Positions 37,636-40,779 of a stretch of 40,779 bases of DNA are shown piece by piece. This stretch comes from Nemertoderma westbladi. Taxonomy: Eukaryota > Animalia > Xenacoelomorpha. The stretch covers positions 1 to 40,779 of the forward strand of contig JAUCBJ010004637.1 of NCBI GenBank assembly GCA_032718475.1. Reading direction: 5' to 3'. The first letter of the stretch is position 1. Each line of letters begins with the position of its first letter. Below the pieces are notes generated by a model. The model worked only from the letters and a program-made list of their open reading frames with translations. It searched no databases and was not told where the DNA came from. Both the position numbers and the translations under genes were made by a program.

Positions 37636-38736
37636 TGAGGAAATAACATTAACAAAAAATATTTGTATTTTTTCTCAATGTTTTAGAGAGGAAAAAAACA
37701 ATCACATTGAACAAAAATATTGAATATTAATACTAAATGTATACCATACGCTATCACTTGACTTATTTGTTATGCTCTGCTGCAAAATATAAATCTAATC
37801 TTGCACTGTGTGTGTGTGTGTGTGTGTGGCATGCAGAACTACTAATATGATAGGAGAATTACGTTAATTCGCCACACAAAGTTGCATGTGTTGGTATAAT
37901 TAATAAACAGCACATTTTAGTGCGTTGACCAATAATTATAGCCAATTGTAATTCCATAAGTTGGCTCACAGTGATAGAAAACAGAAACTATACAGGCTAG
38001 TGAATACGGAACGATTCAAATTTTGCAGGCTGAGATATGTGACCCTAATCCCGCCCCCAAGTGTAAATAACCCAACGCAAACCATCACCATACAATTGAT
38101 AATCCTGAGAAGTTTCGATTGTAACGTTAATTAGATTCTGAGTTAATCTCCTTCGCCTTTTCTATTATCTACGTCATTCTATCATTTTTCTTTGTGTATT
38201 CCATTCGCAATGCGTTTCTTCCAAGGATGTATTAATGGTGTTCGCAGAGTGAAATTTAAATATAAAAGTTAACGACTTTATGACCTTCCCATTGTAAGAA
38301 TATTGACTAAAAGTAATAGTCATTTAACCACAGTTAAATGGATTTTCCGCAATGGAGATTGTGTATCTTGATATTGCTGCTGCTGGTGGCTCATTAATCC
38401 TGTTTAGCTACCTACTGTATCTATACACACAGTATAGACATTTGGTTCAGGGTAACGCATGCTTACTGTATGGTAGGCCTACAGTTTACAAGCCTTTACC
38501 TATTAAGAAAGTGCTTGTGATTGGCCCATTCTAGACCAGGCAGTCAACATTGCCGTCTTTGTTTATATTATATTGTATGGGTTTGGCCAAGGCAGGAAAA
38601 CTTATTACAATAATACACATCCAGCCTTTTGCTGGAATTCCGGAGTTATTTTATATCTGTTATATTGATTTTCTGTAAAAGTTAAATTTTTACTGCGATT
38701 TTTCGATTTTGTCAAGTGAAAGTTATCTTGCAACGC

Positions 38737-39966
38737 ATGGATAGCAATTGCAATTTACCTTTAGGGTCAATAATAATAAAACATAATGGTGCTATTTTTT
38801 CTTTACGACTGAATGAGAAAAACGAACGTAAAGAATTGGAACTTACTAATGAAGCAGTAATTGGCGAGATTCGCCAGAAAGCCCCCCTTACTAACGAAAC
38901 AGCTGTCTGTATTGAAAAATTAAATTATTTAGTCCACGAAAGGGAAGGATCGTTGGTTTTAATCCCAAGTATGATTCGCTCCCCAGACAGATCACCTACA
39001 GTATCAGAGGTGGGGGTAGATGTACAAGGTACAAACAAAAATCAACTACCAAGTGAAATAAATTGGTCTCAGATAGCCAAGGAGATTATTAAACAAGTCG
39101 CTGGGGGTCCCAGTCAGAGTGGAGGGACATTGAATGGAAAGTTAGATTCCCAAGTTACAGACGAGGAGGAGTTCGATGATATTTCCACTAAAATGATTCC
39201 GGAAGACGTCACTGCTGATAGACCGCTGCCCAAAGCAATTATTAAAAAGCTCCGATCCCGAAAGAAGTTCATAGAGCTTTCAGATGTGGCGACATATGAG
39301 GATACATGTGGTAGTAATGGGTCATACAACGGCAATGGCAGCTATAAATCAGCTGGAAAGATAAAGTCAACCGGTGGTTTGTTGTCAGCCCTGTTAACGT
39401 TATCACGTTATAAGTGTGCGCTCTTTCCAGAGGATGCACCGGGTATATTGGGTTACTACTCATCGCTATTAGAAATGGCTCCACACTACTCATTTGAGTT
39501 CCTTCAGCGCGTTGACAGGGACCATAGATTAAGAGTTGAGTCAGGATCTTCATGGAACCGTGAAATCAGAGCCAGAAAGGCCGTTGATGAAGATATTCTG
39601 CCTTCGTGTCGGCACTGCGAGCATTCTCACTTGGGGCACTGCGTGAAGGCACCGACATCGGCTCATACACAAGGGTATCGAAATCGTTCAGCGAAATCGT
39701 ACAAGCGACCGTTCAGCAACGATAATTATTACGACAATTCCAACAATAAGTGCCGCTTCTGCAAGAAATACGGCCATGTACAGTCAGATTGTTTCTCTTT
39801 GAAAAGAGCTCTAAATTTCAACGAGGCATCCAACGCGGTCAACAGCGCGGTAGACAAAGACAGACGTGGTTACAACAATGATCCATTGCCCAAAATACAG
39901 CCACGGTCATTTAGCGGTAATAAGAGCAATGGTTCCTCTTATATTCAGCAAGCTCCGTCTCAATGA
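38737..39966 (+). CDS. Gag-like protein (DIRS/Ngaro ORF1-like) with CCHC zinc knuckle, 409 aa from the first ATG
   Basis: Uninterrupted 1.2-kb ORF in AT-rich surroundings. CX2CX4HX4C (CRFCKKYGHVQSDC) at 39751-39792. IIKKLRSRKKFIELSDV and KIKS...FPEDAPGILGYYSSLLEMA...VDRDHR...W resemble the recalled Gag core of tyrosine-recombinase retroelements. Confidence 0.7.
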   Translation: MDSNCNLPLGSIIIKHNGAIFSLRLNEKNERKELELTNEAVIGEIRQKAPLTNETAVCIEKLNYLVHEREGSLVLIPSMIRSPDRSPTVSEVGVDVQGTNKNQLPSEINWSQIAKEIIKQVAGGPSQSGGTLNGKLDSQVTDEEEFDDISTKMIPEDVTADRPLPKAIIKKLRSRKKFIELSDVATYEDTCGSNGSYNGNGSYKSAGKIKSTGGLLSALLTLSRYKCALFPEDAPGILGYYSSLLEMAPHYSFEFLQRVDRDHRLRVESGSSWNREIRARKAVDEDILPSCRHCEHSHLGHCVKAPTSAHTQGYRNRSAKSYKRPFSNDNYYDNSNNKCRFCKKYGHVQSDCFSLKRALNFNEASNAVNSAVDKDRRGYNNDPLPKIQPRSFSGNKSNGSSYIQQAPSQ

Positions 39967-40469
39967 GGTTACATTTCAACACTCATACTGTTTAAAATGG
40001 GTAGTGATAACGTGTTAACGTTTATCACTTTGTTGTATCGTGTTGTTAGTTGTTATATATATATATGCATTCATTTATTAACTGTAATACTAGTGAGTAT
40101 TATTTGTTCTTTGCTTCATGAATTCAGTCTATGTAGATACTGAAATATATGATCGAAACGTTTATTTTTTTTTTCATCTCGTCCTAGTTTAGAAAGTTTT
40201 ATTATATTATACTCTCTATAAATCATAGATGAAGTCAGTATTTTATATTATAGGTTCTTTGATATACATATATTATGGTAAAATATTATTATGGTATAAT
40301 ATGATATACCGTATTATGGTATAAGTTGGTATATATTATTTCTGCTTATATTCCAACATATTAAGTTCAATATTACTAGTTATTTTCGATACCATTAAAG
40401 GATGTTATAAAGTATATTAAAATTATACGGAAATGTTATTCAGATATTATATCATATTTATAATTATTG

Positions 40470-40779
40470 ATGAAAGACTTACGGATGCGGAGTAGTCTTT
40501 CAATAATGTTTAATAGATGTAAGACCTACGGAGTAGGCTTTCAATAACAGTTACTAGATGTAAGACCTACGGAGTAGGCTTTCAATAACAGTAACTAGAT
40601 GTAAGACCTACGGAGTAGGCTTTCGATAACATTAACTAGATGTAAGACCTACGGAGTAGGCTTTCAATACCAGTGACTAGATGCAAGACCTACGGTGTAG
40701 GCTTTCGATAACATTAACTAGATGTAAGACCTACGGAGTAGGCTTTCAATACCAGTGACTAGATGCAAGACCTACGGTG
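40470..40779. repeat. 41-bp tandem repeat with an internal hairpin, running off the window edge
   Basis: Unit TAGATGTAAGACCTACGGAGTAGGCTTTCAATAACAGTTAC at 40514, 40555, 40596 and onward. The last units alternate as an 82-bp dimer. Confidence 0.95.

Noticed and set aside
40470-40779. CRISPR-like appearance (palindromic constant part plus variable part)
   Set aside because: The variable parts are only ~12 bp and related to each other. There are no cas genes and the context is eukaryotic.

Overview
Repeat-rich eukaryotic genomic DNA, probably from an invertebrate animal; nothing prokaryotic and no CRISPR. Host genes: (1) the first three coding exons of glutaredoxin-3 (GLRX3/PICOT) on the - strand (19841->17139), with the exons after the CG|FS motif not found in the window; (2) a complete single-exon meiotic HORMAD gene (32345-34138) with HORMA, PHD finger, probable winged helix, SQ site and basic closure motif; (3) an intact, solitary Gag-like ORF (38737-39966) with DIRS/Ngaro-like motifs and a CCHC knuckle but no visible pol or recombinase. 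Most of the rest is mobile and tandem DNA: a (TCTG)n tract, a ~9.1 kb 48/53-bp satellite with higher-order repeats, a Harbinger-like element with CTG target duplications, three RTE-clade LINE copies (one near full length, with a highly structured 5' UTR), three related tRNA-SINE sequences, several MITE/foldback elements, and a 41-bp hairpin repeat at the right edge. The best leads are the possibly domesticated Gag, the intronless PHD-bearing HORMAD, the duplicated RNA-structure module in the RTE 5' UTR, and the splice-donor-bearing satellite. All calls are by eye, and family assignments rely on recalled motifs, not database searches.
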